A stretch of DNA of 64,000 nucleotides, from the IMG/VR virus record IMGVR_UViG_3300036766_002286; one strand, written 5' to 3'. The position numbers were made by a program, and so were the translations under genes. The DNA is from a virus. Its lineage: Duplodnaviria > Caudoviricetes. Position 1 is the stretch's first letter. Every line of letters starts with the position of its first letter. The notes under the pieces are model-generated. The model saw only the letters and a list, made by a program, of their open reading frames with translations, did not search any database and was not told where the DNA came from. This document shows positions 40,975-50,757 of this stretch, piece after piece.

Positions 40975-41392
40975 CTATGAGAGATAATGTAAAATATACA
41001 CGCCACGGCAAGTCTCGCGAACTTGTCTGGGGGAAGTCGTGGAAAGGTATAGATTTGACTTATGCAGATTTTACTAATGCCGATCTTTGCGCTGCTAGTT
41101 TTCACGGTGCTAATCTTTTGGGTATCAACTTGCGTGGCGCCAATTTAAATGCAGCTGATTTGCGTTTTACAGATTTATGCGCAGCCAACTTACGCGAAGC
41201 CCAGCTACGCCACGCCGAGCTAAATGGTGCCGATTTGCGCGCAGCAAGCTTAGATAACGCTGATTTATATGCTGCTGAGTTATTGGGTACTAATCTTACG
41301 AATGCATACGTGACCAACGCGGTATTCTCAGATCAACAGAAACAAGAAAGTATTAATTATAACAAAACAATACCAAGAGGAGAATAGCTATG
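40966..41392 (+). repeat. 14-bp direct repeat GGAGAATAGCTATG flanking a PRP gene
   Basis: Exact copies at 40966-40979 and 41379-41392. Confidence 0.8.
40977..41387 (+). CDS. Pentapeptide repeat protein
   Basis: VKYTRHG N-cap; C-cap VFSDQQK. Confidence 0.88.
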   Translation: MRDNVKYTRHGKSRELVWGKSWKGIDLTYADFTNADLCAASFHGANLLGINLRGANLNAADLRFTDLCAANLREAQLRHAELNGADLRAASLDNADLYAAELLGTNLTNAYVTNAVFSDQQKQESINYNKTIPRGE

Positions 41393-41746
41393 CCACCATA
41401 TAAAGCCCCCAGTAAAATTCAACCCAAAGATCATGCTGAGCATAAAATGCAAGAAGCCCTTAATGGGCCATATAGTTTAATTATACCGCTTCAAAATGCC
41501 AGGCATGCTTGGATTCATCATCCAGGTACCGCCAAAACTCTCCATGTTGCAACCAATTCTCCCCGGTTTCATGAAATATTGAATGAACTTACCTCATTAG
41601 GTCTAGGTGTTAGAATAAACCACGAACTTAAAGCTCTTAGTTTATCAGATCCTAAGTGGTTACCTATATTCGAAGAATGGACAGCAACCCAGCCACAAGC
41701 TGACCTCGTCGAAGATGAATTAGCCACTCCCGCAAGTAGCGAATAA
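41390..41746 (+). CDS. Hypothetical protein
   Basis: GGAG RBS; paralogue at 2619. Confidence 0.7.
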   Translation: MPPYKAPSKIQPKDHAEHKMQEALNGPYSLIIPLQNARHAWIHHPGTAKTLHVATNSPRFHEILNELTSLGLGVRINHELKALSLSDPKWLPIFEEWTATQPQADLVEDELATPASSE

Positions 41747-41765
41747 ATCTAAAGGCACGCCCACA

Positions 41766-42029
41766 ATGACCGGTGAGACACTTCCAGATTGTTATAAATG
41801 TATTCATCGCAGAACAATACCCGGCGATGCCCATATACGTTGCAACAACATGGTAGCAACTAATGTTACAGGCAATGCGCACGGCACAAGTCTCGGCTGG
41901 TTTCGCTGGCCGTTAAATTTTGATCCCACGTGGCTCGAGACTTGTGATGGGTTCTCAGATAATCAACTAGACAACCTTCCAGACATAAAAATGAGTCCGC
42001 TCATGGAACTTTGGGGAATGTTACGATGA
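41766..42029 (+). CDS. Conserved phage-type Cys-containing hypothetical protein
   Basis: CYKC..PGDAHIRC..GWFRWPLNFDPTWL..C pattern, recalled from phage hypotheticals. Confidence 0.65.
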   Translation: MTGETLPDCYKCIHRRTIPGDAHIRCNNMVATNVTGNAHGTSLGWFRWPLNFDPTWLETCDGFSDNQLDNLPDIKMSPLMELWGMLR

Positions 42030-42334
42030 CCACTTCTGTAAATTCTACAAAAGAAATAGTTGCCTACAAAACTGACAATTTTCATGTGATGTGCGCAGCC
42101 TGCGCAGCCCCATATATCGGCACGCAACTAGACACGCTTGTGGATGCTAATAAAGAAATTGACGACCCGACCAGGCACTTACATATAGCGAAGGTTGAAC
42201 TTGCTCCAGTAAAAGCAAGCGAATTGCTAGATGGGCAAATATGTTGTGCCTGTGCACAAATCGTTGTTCTAGCTAATATTATAAATGCCCGCCGCCATCA
42301 CCATTCAACAAATCGCCCCAATAATGTACTTTAA
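42026..42334 (+). CDS. Hypothetical protein with two CxxC motifs
   Basis: CAAC..CCAC; ATGA coupling. Confidence 0.55.
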   Translation: MTTSVNSTKEIVAYKTDNFHVMCAACAAPYIGTQLDTLVDANKEIDDPTRHLHIAKVELAPVKASELLDGQICCACAQIVVLANIINARRHHHSTNRPNNVL

Positions 42335-42349
42335 TCAAGGAGACAACTA

Positions 42350-42400
42350 GTGGACATTATTTACATTAATCGCGATGGCAAAAGCGCCACAATTGAGTAA
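42350..42400 (+). pseudogene. Isolated PRP N-cap remnant (VDIIYINRDGKSATIE)
   Basis: AAGGAG RBS plus Y-I-N-R-D-G cap, then stop. Confidence 0.55.
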
Positions 42401-42426
42401 TTAATAAAATAACCAGGAGGTTAAAA

Positions 42427-42717
42427 ATGTCTGAACGAAAAATTCATCCATATTATGATAGAGCGCGAGATTTAGTAGATAAAGCTAATGAGCTGGGTGT
42501 GATAGCAAGAGCGAGTAAACAAGAGGCTAAGGACGCTTACCAGACAGATAAAAAAGGAATGGATAAAAATCGCTTACAAAAAGCTAAAGAAAAAGCTGAA
42601 CAGGACGAAAAGATATTTCTAGAAGCTGTAGGTCTCGCAGATGAGGCCATTGACGACCTGAAATATCTTATTTTTGTAGGCAGGCCAAAAAATGGCAAAT
42701 ATGTGATGGGTACGTGA
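42427..42717 (+). CDS. Helical hypothetical protein
   Basis: GGAGG RBS. Confidence 0.65.
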   Translation: MSERKIHPYYDRARDLVDKANELGVIARASKQEAKDAYQTDKKGMDKNRLQKAKEKAEQDEKIFLEAVGLADEAIDDLKYLIFVGRPKNGKYVMGT

Positions 42718-42881
42718 TGTTTGGGAAAAAGAGAAAAGAAAAATTTAAAGAAACTTTAGCAAATATAGCAGCCGCTGATGCGCAAAGGCATTCTGTAATC
42801 AAGTCATTTAAGATATTAGGACGATGTCATGAAGCTAGAGCTGATTTAGTCAAAGAACGCAGCAACCAAGGAGATAACTAA
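42717..42881 (+). CDS. Small hypothetical protein (54 aa)
   Basis: MFGKKRKEK..., overlaps both neighbours by 1 nt. Confidence 0.45.
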   Translation: MFGKKRKEKFKETLANIAAADAQRHSVIKSFKILGRCHEARADLVKERSNQGDN

Positions 42882-43210
42882 TGGATATTACCTATAAAGA
42901 CTATAATGGAAAAACTCAAACTGTTGATCTTGCTAGTCTCCGTTATAAAGATCTACATAACGCAGACTTACATGGCGCTTTTCTACACAGCGCCGATCTG
43001 CGTGAAGTCGATTTGTCCGGAGCCAACTTGCGTGGAGCTATTCTATGTGCCGCGGAGTTACTCCACGCCAACTTAAGGGAAGCCGATTTGACTAATGCCG
43101 ACTTGCGTGAAGCCGATTTGCGTTACGCCAATTTTATTGGAGCTGACTTATCTAACGCTAGGTTTGTTGATGGGGGGTGTTTACCAGCGGCGGGTAGTAT
43201 AACACAATAG
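42881..43210 (+). CDS. Pentapeptide repeat protein, probably 3'-truncated
   Basis: ITYKDYNG N-cap; repeats end without a C-cap. Confidence 0.8.
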   Translation: MDITYKDYNGKTQTVDLASLRYKDLHNADLHGAFLHSADLREVDLSGANLRGAILCAAELLHANLREADLTNADLREADLRYANFIGADLSNARFVDGGCLPAAGSITQ

Positions 43211-43391
43211 TCAGGAAAGCAGCTAAAAAGTACTCAGAACCGCCAACATCGCCACAGCAAACTGGCGGTCCCGCAGCTCATTTTACCACGTCCAGATTCC
43301 CCACAAGGCTGTCTCGTATGTTAATACATCTGTATCTAAGCACTATGATAAGTAGGATATCTTCTATCAACAACTACAACTTAGGGATTTC

Positions 43392-44909
43392 ATGTCTTTA
43401 GAACAACTTTACACTAATATGCTTAAGTACACCGACCATGAGGAAATCTCTGTTCAAATGCAAGAACATATATATGATTATGCACTTAAACATAAAGATC
43501 ACGCAATCATGGCTAAACTCGCTCACTATCCAAACCTTTCAAAGTCCTTAGATGACCTTATCGGCGCCAACAATACTTTAGAGATTTTGACTGCCTGGCT
43601 AACTAGACAAGGCCGCACACCAGCAGAACAAATGTCCCGGTTAGAAAAAGAGAATCGTGTTACCACATTACTTGTTTTAGCAAAACAGCACAACCTCCCA
43701 AGAGAAGCCTACATGTTAGTAGCAAAACATCAAACTCCTACTTTAGATGAGACTTTAGCTGGTAATTATTCAGTTCCTCTGGACATCAGGTTAACTAAAC
43801 TTCGCGCTTTTGTTAAAAGACCTATAACATCAAGATCTTTAAGTGAACAGGGTCGCCTCTTTATAGATATAGTTGATGGACGCGTATCTGACACTCTACC
43901 TCGTCAAACAGAACCAAGAACGCCGGCCTCTGATTTAGATCTTCTTTATAATGAAGTTGCCAATACCAGCTTTCAGGGTGCTTATTTAGAACAATGTATA
44001 AAATATGGTAAACTCTCATCCCAACAAATTGATCGTATGATTGATAATATTGAAATCATAGATGGTAGCTATGCTGCCTCAAGAAACACTTATTCCTACC
44101 ACATAGGAATTGATATTTTTCTGCTCGCTCTTAGTAACTATAATATCACCTCCAGCCAACACACAAGACTGTTAGAAAACACCCGCGCATTACTAGCTAG
44201 TGTACCTACAAGGAGTACAAATCATATTTCGCAACTCAAAAAAACTATACAAACCTTAGAAGCCGTATCTTTCGCATTTGAAGACGCATTATTTGCATTT
44301 ATACACGGCATCGCCACAGATCCTATACAAGATATGTTTGATACTGCTTTCTCTCTTGTCGACGCCACTCCAGCTTCCGCTCTCAAGTACAGCCGTCTGA
44401 TGACAGCTGTGGCTGTTAATCTTTTCTTATCGGGAGATACGGCTTTAACTATGGTGAAAAATATGGCAGCCGCCGATCATGCAGCCCTCGCACAAAATCT
44501 AGAAAATCGCGGCGACTATGCTTCTCTCGTAGCCATGCTTAAAATACAGACCCGCAATCCTCTTGGGTCCCTAAACTCTTTAAAAGATGAGAAAAAAGTT
44601 ACCATGTTTTTAATAGAAGATTTTTATGCGAACCACAACACTATTCCAGAGTGGCTTACTCGTTCCGACATTGTACGCGCTGATGCCAGTCTGTGTATTA
44701 AACATGTGGCGATGCCTCAACTTGTAAAACTAACAGAGGTTGTTCCTAATCTAAGTTCACTCGTCAGCTCTATGATACTCGAAATTCTTGGCTCGCAGGA
44801 AGTAGCAGTAACAAAGGAAGCTTGGGAAATTTTTGACACTTTAGGAGAATCTTTTAAAGGTACCCTTCCAGATTTGCTAGAGTCTATAAAAATCCTAGCA
44901 GAATCTTGA
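43392..44909 (+). CDS. Large helical hypothetical protein, family member 2
   Basis: C-terminal WEIFDTLGESFKGTLPDLL. Confidence 0.75.
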   Translation: MSLEQLYTNMLKYTDHEEISVQMQEHIYDYALKHKDHAIMAKLAHYPNLSKSLDDLIGANNTLEILTAWLTRQGRTPAEQMSRLEKENRVTTLLVLAKQHNLPREAYMLVAKHQTPTLDETLAGNYSVPLDIRLTKLRAFVKRPITSRSLSEQGRLFIDIVDGRVSDTLPRQTEPRTPASDLDLLYNEVANTSFQGAYLEQCIKYGKLSSQQIDRMIDNIEIIDGSYAASRNTYSYHIGIDIFLLALSNYNITSSQHTRLLENTRALLASVPTRSTNHISQLKKTIQTLEAVSFAFEDALFAFIHGIATDPIQDMFDTAFSLVDATPASALKYSRLMTAVAVNLFLSGDTALTMVKNMAAADHAALAQNLENRGDYASLVAMLKIQTRNPLGSLNSLKDEKKVTMFLIEDFYANHNTIPEWLTRSDIVRADASLCIKHVAMPQLVKLTEVVPNLSSLVSSMILEILGSQEVAVTKEAWEIFDTLGESFKGTLPDLLESIKILAES

Positions 44910-44930
44910 GCGCTCGCCAAGTAGTTAACT

Positions 44931-44979
44931 AAAAAAGACCTAGGTCTCAGATATATAAAATCTGGTCTAGGTCTTTTTT
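44931..44979. terminator. Bidirectional intrinsic terminator
   Basis: AAAAAAGACCTAG...CTAGGTCTTTTTT inverted repeat between convergent genes. Confidence 0.75.
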
Positions 44980-44981
44980 AT

Positions 44982-46457
44982 TTATATGCTACTTGCAGTT
45001 TCAAGTAGTGTTCCAAAGCTTCCGCTCCAGTTATTACTTAACCGGTTATAGGTTTCCCACTTATTATAATCAGATCCAAGAAATCTTTTCTGTAGTTCTG
45101 CTATTTTGTCCTCTGCGACATCAAGTGCTGTATTATTACGATACGCATTGTTTTGCCAGTACCTTGTATGCCCCTGTACATAAAACGTCCAGGGTAGCAT
45201 CAAAATCATCGATTCTGTCGTACACATTGCTAGCAAAGCCATTAATGTATCATTAGACTGTTTTGTCTCGATCGCTTTTGTAGCTAGCTCTAAGACGACT
45301 TCCTCAGTCCCAGTAAAAGCTTCACAGCACGCACTAGGTGTTCCTGCTTTCAAAGTATTCCAAATTGCTTTGAATAGTTCCACATTGTCTGTACGTTTTA
45401 CAGCATCTGCTAGCATATTAGGAGCAGCCTGCATATGAATATGTGCCTGTCTAATTACTTTTTCAAACAATGGATTACTATAAGCTTCTTTGTTTTCTAA
45501 CAGGCCAGCTATTAGTTCGTTCGCTTCCGCCCACTCATAAGATAAAGCAGCCACGCACACGTGTTCGATATCACCTCCGCGTGCATTCGTAGCCACTGCC
45601 TTAAGACTTTCGAGCGTTCCATCCAATATGACAACTTCCCGCCCAGCTAAAATATCAGCAAGTGATTCAAAGTATTGATATGAAGCAGCCCTGCTCTTTT
45701 GCGCAGCCACTCGTACTTTTAGCACTTGTGCAACTTTGCTTGGCAACGTTAGTTGTATAGCGATTTTTCTAAGAGTTTCAGCACACCTAGACCCGTTATT
45801 AATTTGATGCGGCGTAGCCACCTCAGGGTTTACTGCAATCATTTTATCAATTATTGCAGTCAAGTCTGCTTCATCGCACAGTTCAATTGGCATGCTATGT
45901 AAAAAAGTTTCATGTAAACAGCCAATTAGTTCCTTTACAACCACAGGTGTTGTTGCTACTTCTCTTATTGCAGCAAAAATCAAGTGTTTTACAGGCTCTG
46001 GCATTGTATCGCTGTTCGCTATTAGTTTTATGCAGTTAAGCATAGACTTTTTGTCCTGAAAACCCCCACGCAACATAGCTGTAGCAAGTAATTTCGTCGG
46101 TTTTACAACCAACCTGGCCGCCAAAATCGTGGCAAGCTCAACATTATCGTTAGCCCGCCCTACAAGCCCAGCAAATACTTCAGAGCGTCTTTCTTTATCC
46201 AAAAGCTCTTCTCTGGTGGCTTGGCTGCAATCGCGTCTAGCTAAGTAAGCTACCCGCACATCTGGATTACGATGTGCTTTAGCCAAGCTAAGTACACCTG
46301 CTGGCACCTCTGAAATTTTTAAAATATCTAGCATTATTTCAATATTGCTATCTTGTTGTGCTAGTTTCCAAACATTTTCTATAATAATAGGATCCCCCGG
46401 CCCATGATCGGCATTAGAGTATCGTCTTACTGTCGCTTTAAGTAGCGGATTTATCAT
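44982..46457 (-). CDS. Large helical hypothetical protein, family member 3
   Basis: VRVAYLAR, KPTKLLATA (also in 38470), C-terminal WETY..NWSGSFGTLL. Confidence 0.75.
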   Translation of the reverse strand: MINPLLKATVRRYSNADHGPGDPIIIENVWKLAQQDSNIEIMLDILKISEVPAGVLSLAKAHRNPDVRVAYLARRDCSQATREELLDKERRSEVFAGLVGRANDNVELATILAARLVVKPTKLLATAMLRGGFQDKKSMLNCIKLIANSDTMPEPVKHLIFAAIREVATTPVVVKELIGCLHETFLHSMPIELCDEADLTAIIDKMIAVNPEVATPHQINNGSRCAETLRKIAIQLTLPSKVAQVLKVRVAAQKSRAASYQYFESLADILAGREVVILDGTLESLKAVATNARGGDIEHVCVAALSYEWAEANELIAGLLENKEAYSNPLFEKVIRQAHIHMQAAPNMLADAVKRTDNVELFKAIWNTLKAGTPSACCEAFTGTEEVVLELATKAIETKQSNDTLMALLAMCTTESMILMLPWTFYVQGHTRYWQNNAYRNNTALDVAEDKIAELQKRFLGSDYNKWETYNRLSNNWSGSFGTLLETASSI

Positions 46458-46534
46458 ATTACGCCTTCGCAGTAGTAATGGTTAAAGATGATTTTATAGC
46501 TCTAACTATTGGTGCTGATTCCACAAAAACAACT

Positions 46535-47446
46535 CTATTCCAGTAATAAAGCAGTGTTCAGAGCACTCAAAAAGTTCCTGAATTCAGATTTTGGCTTACT
46601 TGGTGTCCATAAACATATCGCAGTTTCTAGCACACTTAAAAGATAAACATCTTCAACCAAAATACATTGAGGTGTCGCTGGGTTTTTAGATAACATTTCA
46701 GCTAACCATCTTGGCACAAGTTTTAGACTCTTTTGACCATGCACAGCTTTTGTGCCTTTAGCGTCTAACATGAATAAAATTCGCGGATCTAAAGTTCGCC
46801 CGGTCACAGCTACCAGCACCGGATCTTGTGGCGCATAAGTCTTTCTAACCCCAGTAGCATACCATTGGCCTATACAATATGATTCCGACTCTTCTAGTAA
46901 AGCAGGACAGCTAGGCGCATTCTTAACTTTAGCTTTAAGGATTTTATGACACTCTTTCAGTTGTTTTCCATTAGCGACATCTTTGCTTGTAGTATCAACC
47001 AAGGATAAAATTCGCGCTAAGCTATCTTTAGCTAACTCTAGAGTTTCTATTCCCTTATAATAGTCTACTGCAGACAAAAAATCTCCAGCCACACCAAGTC
47101 TCTCTAAATTTATAGCCAACTCTCTATCAGAACCATTTATCAAAAAACTAGAAGCCGATATACGAGCAATCGTAGTTGCCGACGACCAGTAAGGCAGCTT
47201 AGTAGAGTATATAGTCGGATTCATGGTGGTTCCAGTGCCCCAAGGCCCGCTCCCCACACTGCTACTACCAGTGCTGGTAGTTCCAGTAGTTATTCCTACA
47301 CTATTTGTCACACTAACACTAGGTATACCGCCACTGACAGCCCCAGCAGTATTTGAAGCGGTATAGACCGTACCATTAACTATAGCATTCTCAAACATCT
47401 GTCCGTGATAGTTTTTGTTGCGAATTTTTCTAAATTTTTTCATCAA
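46535..47446 (-). CDS. Hypothetical protein with Ser/Thr/Gly-rich N-terminal segment
   Basis: 303-aa ORF, GAGGGG RBS. Confidence 0.65.
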   Translation of the reverse strand: MMKKFRKIRNKNYHGQMFENAIVNGTVYTASNTAGAVSGGIPSVSVTNSVGITTGTTSTGSSSVGSGPWGTGTTMNPTIYSTKLPYWSSATTIARISASSFLINGSDRELAINLERLGVAGDFLSAVDYYKGIETLELAKDSLARILSLVDTTSKDVANGKQLKECHKILKAKVKNAPSCPALLEESESYCIGQWYATGVRKTYAPQDPVLVAVTGRTLDPRILFMLDAKGTKAVHGQKSLKLVPRWLAEMLSKNPATPQCILVEDVYLLSVLETAICLWTPSKPKSEFRNFLSALNTALLLE

Positions 47447-47638
47447 AGCCCCTCTTTTATTTGTTTATAATGTCAAAAGACTATATAGCTATTTAATAAA
47501 TATACCTATTATACTATTGTTACCATTTTTAGCATTGTCGCATATACCCACCAAATCGCACGCTATTAACCCACAATATCTAGCCCGAATAGTAGGTATT
47601 TTTAGGCAACCCTTTTATGTAAACGAGCCAATACATCC

Positions 47639-48472
47639 CTATTTATGCAAGCTCCCGTCCGGCATAATTGCAGAAGCAAAATCCGCACTCGAAACATTTG
47701 TAGCTACACCAACTGCCCCAAGCAAATTAGCGCCCCGTAAAATTGCTCCCTTAAAATCTGCATAATCAAGATTAGCACCCCTTAGATCGGCTTCCCGCAG
47801 GTCAGCATGCGAGAAATTTACACCAGCCGAATTTGTTTCACTTAGATTAGCAGCTGTTAGATTTGCATGTTCAAAATTGCTATCTTCTAGAGTGGCGAGC
47901 CGCAAATCAGCAAAACTTAAGTTAGCAGAAGTAAGATTAGAGCTATCTATATGTGCGCCTTTTAAGGTTGCTCTAAATAAGCAGGCTTTTCTTAAATCTG
48001 CGCGACTAACGTTCACTCCATCCATATTAGCGTCAGTTAAATTAGCACCGCACAACATTGCCCCTTGTAAGACAGCACGAAAGTCACCAATCCCGGACAT
48101 ATTCACAAAGCTAAGATTTGCATTATATAAATTAGCACTATATAGGTAACTTCTAGTCAAATTGGCATAGGTGAGATCAGCATTTGCGAGATTAGCACAG
48201 GTAAGACACGCGCCAGCAAGCATAGCAGAACTAAGTTTAATACCTCCCATTTGCACACTATGAAAATTGCTTCCAGTCAAATCAGCGCCATTAAGATTAG
48301 CACCTGTAAGTATAGTTTCTCGAAAATCACAGAAGTAAAGCTGACCATTTTTAAGATCCATGTCACTTAAATCCATAGCCGCAAGTATACTATGCGATAG
48401 ATTAGCACCAACCGCAACGCCAGCTGCAAGTTGTTTACGACCTATTCTAGGTATCGGCGGCATGTTACGCAT
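47639..48472 (-). CDS. Pentapeptide repeat protein
   Basis: Repeats; GIGDFR loop; IMPDGSLHK. Confidence 0.9.
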   Translation of the reverse strand: MRNMPPIPRIGRKQLAAGVAVGANLSHSILAAMDLSDMDLKNGQLYFCDFRETILTGANLNGADLTGSNFHSVQMGGIKLSSAMLAGACLTCANLANADLTYANLTRSYLYSANLYNANLSFVNMSGIGDFRAVLQGAMLCGANLTDANMDGVNVSRADLRKACLFRATLKGAHIDSSNLTSANLSFADLRLATLEDSNFEHANLTAANLSETNSAGVNFSHADLREADLRGANLDYADFKGAILRGANLLGAVGVATNVSSADFASAIMPDGSLHK

Positions 48473-48482
48473 CAGCTTGTAT

Positions 48483-49010
48483 TTATAAATTTATTGTATT
48501 CACAGCAGTTATCCCCGCAATATTGTTAGTTCCTGCTTCCGAGCAATTTTCAGTACTTATTACGATATCCTCTTCATTCCAGGACTCATCCAAGCCCCGG
48601 CACTCTGCTTTCTGTTTTGCGGACAGTACTATATTAGTCATCTTAGCATTCCACAAACTAGTGCCACGCAAGTCACAATTTCGCAAGTTAGCCCCACTCA
48701 AATTAGCACCTCCTAAATTAGTATCTCGCAAATCAGCATTAGTTAGGTCAGCATCTCTGAAATTAGTGATGCTAATACGGGCATCCATCAAATCTGCACC
48801 TATTAGGCATGCCCCGCTAAAATCCGCGCGTCGTAAATCAGTATGACTCAAGTCAGCATTTTCGAGATTAGCACCCCTAAAATCCGCATCACGCAGGTCA
48901 GCACCTGTTAAATTAGCCCCCTGCAAATCCATGTCTGCCCATGATCCACCGTCCGGTAATTCTTGTTTCCCACCGTTGCGGTCAATAAATTTGATATTTG
49001 GTCTACTCAT
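48483..49010 (-). CDS. Pentapeptide repeat protein
   Basis: IKFIDRNG N-cap; C-cap IVLSAKQKAECRGL. Confidence 0.9.
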   Translation of the reverse strand: MSRPNIKFIDRNGGKQELPDGGSWADMDLQGANLTGADLRDADFRGANLENADLSHTDLRRADFSGACLIGADLMDARISITNFRDADLTNADLRDTNLGGANLSGANLRNCDLRGTSLWNAKMTNIVLSAKQKAECRGLDESWNEEDIVISTENCSEAGTNNIAGITAVNTINL

Positions 49011-49200
49011 TTTATTTCTCCTTGATTGTTTTTATACAGTCAGCGCGTTAAGACTAGATACAAGTAAGTCCACCAAATCCTTATAGTTTGTCTATAAAAA
49101 GTCCAGCCCGACCGTATAGTCACGCTTCGCTAACCTAAGTATCAAGTCATAGATTAAAGCATTTTACGTCTTTACACTAGCCACTATAGTATGCACTACA

Positions 49201-49842
49201 ATGACTATTAAAATCACACGAGATCAGGTACTCGCAGCCATTGATCGTAACGTGTCCTTATCTCATATTGATCTCTCTGGCATAGACCTGTCCTATTGTG
49301 ATCTAACAAAAGTACGTTTGGAGTATTCTATGCTCTGTGGCGCCGATTTGTCGCACGCGACTCTATCGGGCGCTAATATTAGTCGTACAGATTTCTCTCA
49401 TGCTAATCTGCAAGGCGCTAATCTGACCAGAGCCGTCGGACCAGACGCCGATTTTTCTTATGCTAATTTAACTAATGTTATGGCAGCAGGTCTTGACTTT
49501 TTTCGCGCCGAGTTCCAATGTGCAACTTTTACTTATGCTAATCTCACTAACGCTTTCTTTCAAGGTACCTATATGCCACAAACCGACTTTAAGTATGCCA
49601 TATTGAAAAATACTGATTTGAGCGCCACAAATCTTCAATATGCTGTTCTTAGTGGTGCTATAGTAGACAATACAAATCTAACAAATACCGATCTTCATGG
49701 TGCAATATCCCCAACCGGTCTCTCGTACCCAGACTGTACTACCTTAAATGTTGTTCCGCTTAGAGTAAAATACTGTACAAGTTTGCACAAACTAACTAGA
49801 ACAGACCCTACGGATTACGGGCTAGGCTCACTACTACCATAA
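49201..49842 (+). CDS. Pentapeptide repeat protein
   Basis: ITRDQVL N-cap; ISPTG C-cap plus tail. Confidence 0.9.
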   Translation: MTIKITRDQVLAAIDRNVSLSHIDLSGIDLSYCDLTKVRLEYSMLCGADLSHATLSGANISRTDFSHANLQGANLTRAVGPDADFSYANLTNVMAAGLDFFRAEFQCATFTYANLTNAFFQGTYMPQTDFKYAILKNTDLSATNLQYAVLSGAIVDNTNLTNTDLHGAISPTGLSYPDCTTLNVVPLRVKYCTSLHKLTRTDPTDYGLGSLLP

Positions 49843-49871
49843 GTAGTTGCGATAAATCTCACATCCCAAAT

Positions 49872-50060
49872 ATGTGTTATATATATCGTTACGGAGTCGC
49901 TCTACGTCAAGCAGACTTAACAAGCGCGGATTTCTATAATTCTAATCTTTCTTATGCCAACTTATGTGGAGCTAATCTAACTGACGCCAGTTTTAGGGTT
50001 ATCAACATGGAACATACCATAAAATTAAATTTTTTGTATATAACGCATAAGCCTCTATAG
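49872..50060 (+). pseudogene. Collapsed PRP remnant
   Basis: YIYRYG cap joined directly to about 7 repeats. Confidence 0.55.
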
Positions 50061-50070
50061 TTAAAGATTA

Positions 50071-50649
50071 ATGACCAATAAACTAGCTCGTAAACAAGTC
50101 CTATATCGTATCGCCCATGGTCTTCCATTGTATAATATGGATTTATCAAGGCTAGACCTGCACGGACTTGACCTGACTAAGGTCAACTTTACACATTCAA
50201 ATCTACGTGGCGCGGATCTATCACACGCCACTCTAGCTGGAGCAATCCTATGTCGTACCAATTTTAATGATGCAAACCTATCTTATGCTAATTTGACAAG
50301 GGTAATTGCTCCCATGGCAACTTTTGATAACGCTAATTTGCAAGGCATAAACGCGCAAGGTCTACTCAAATATAGAGCTGTTATGACCAACTGTTCCATG
50401 CGAGATGTTAATTTAACTGGCGCCCAGATGCAGGGCATCAATCTGTATGGTGTCGATTTAAATGGTGCTGACTCAACAAATGCTAATTTCTCGAACGCCG
50501 ACTTGGAGGATGCCGACCTAACTAAAGGAACTTTCACTGGTACCAATTTCACACGTGCAAATCTTAAAGGCGCGCGACTAAGCCCCTCAAAGCTAGATGG
50601 AGCCATTCTAACCGGAGCTACTATGCCAGATGGGAGTAAACATGTGTAA
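50071..50649 (+). CDS. Pentapeptide repeat protein (apparent chimera)
   Basis: N-half resembles 49201, C-half resembles 24504; ATMPDGSKHV. Confidence 0.9.
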   Translation: MTNKLARKQVLYRIAHGLPLYNMDLSRLDLHGLDLTKVNFTHSNLRGADLSHATLAGAILCRTNFNDANLSYANLTRVIAPMATFDNANLQGINAQGLLKYRAVMTNCSMRDVNLTGAQMQGINLYGVDLNGADSTNANFSNADLEDADLTKGTFTGTNFTRANLKGARLSPSKLDGAILTGATMPDGSKHV

Positions 50650-50743
50650 TATGCAAAATCAAGATATTAATCATATTGATAAAAATTGGGATCTGGCCAG
50701 CATGTCACCACTATGCCGTACGGATCACCCCACAGCAGCATAG
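50642..50743 (+). pseudogene. Collapsed PRP remnant (N-cap fused out of frame to C-cap)
   Basis: MQNQDINHIDK followed in another frame by TTMPYGSPH. Confidence 0.55.
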
Positions 50744-50757
50744 GAGAAAAGTAACTC

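Noticed and set aside
47415-47765. 116-aa plus-strand ORF
   Set aside because: Spans an AT-rich intergenic region and the antisense of a PRP C-cap; no RBS
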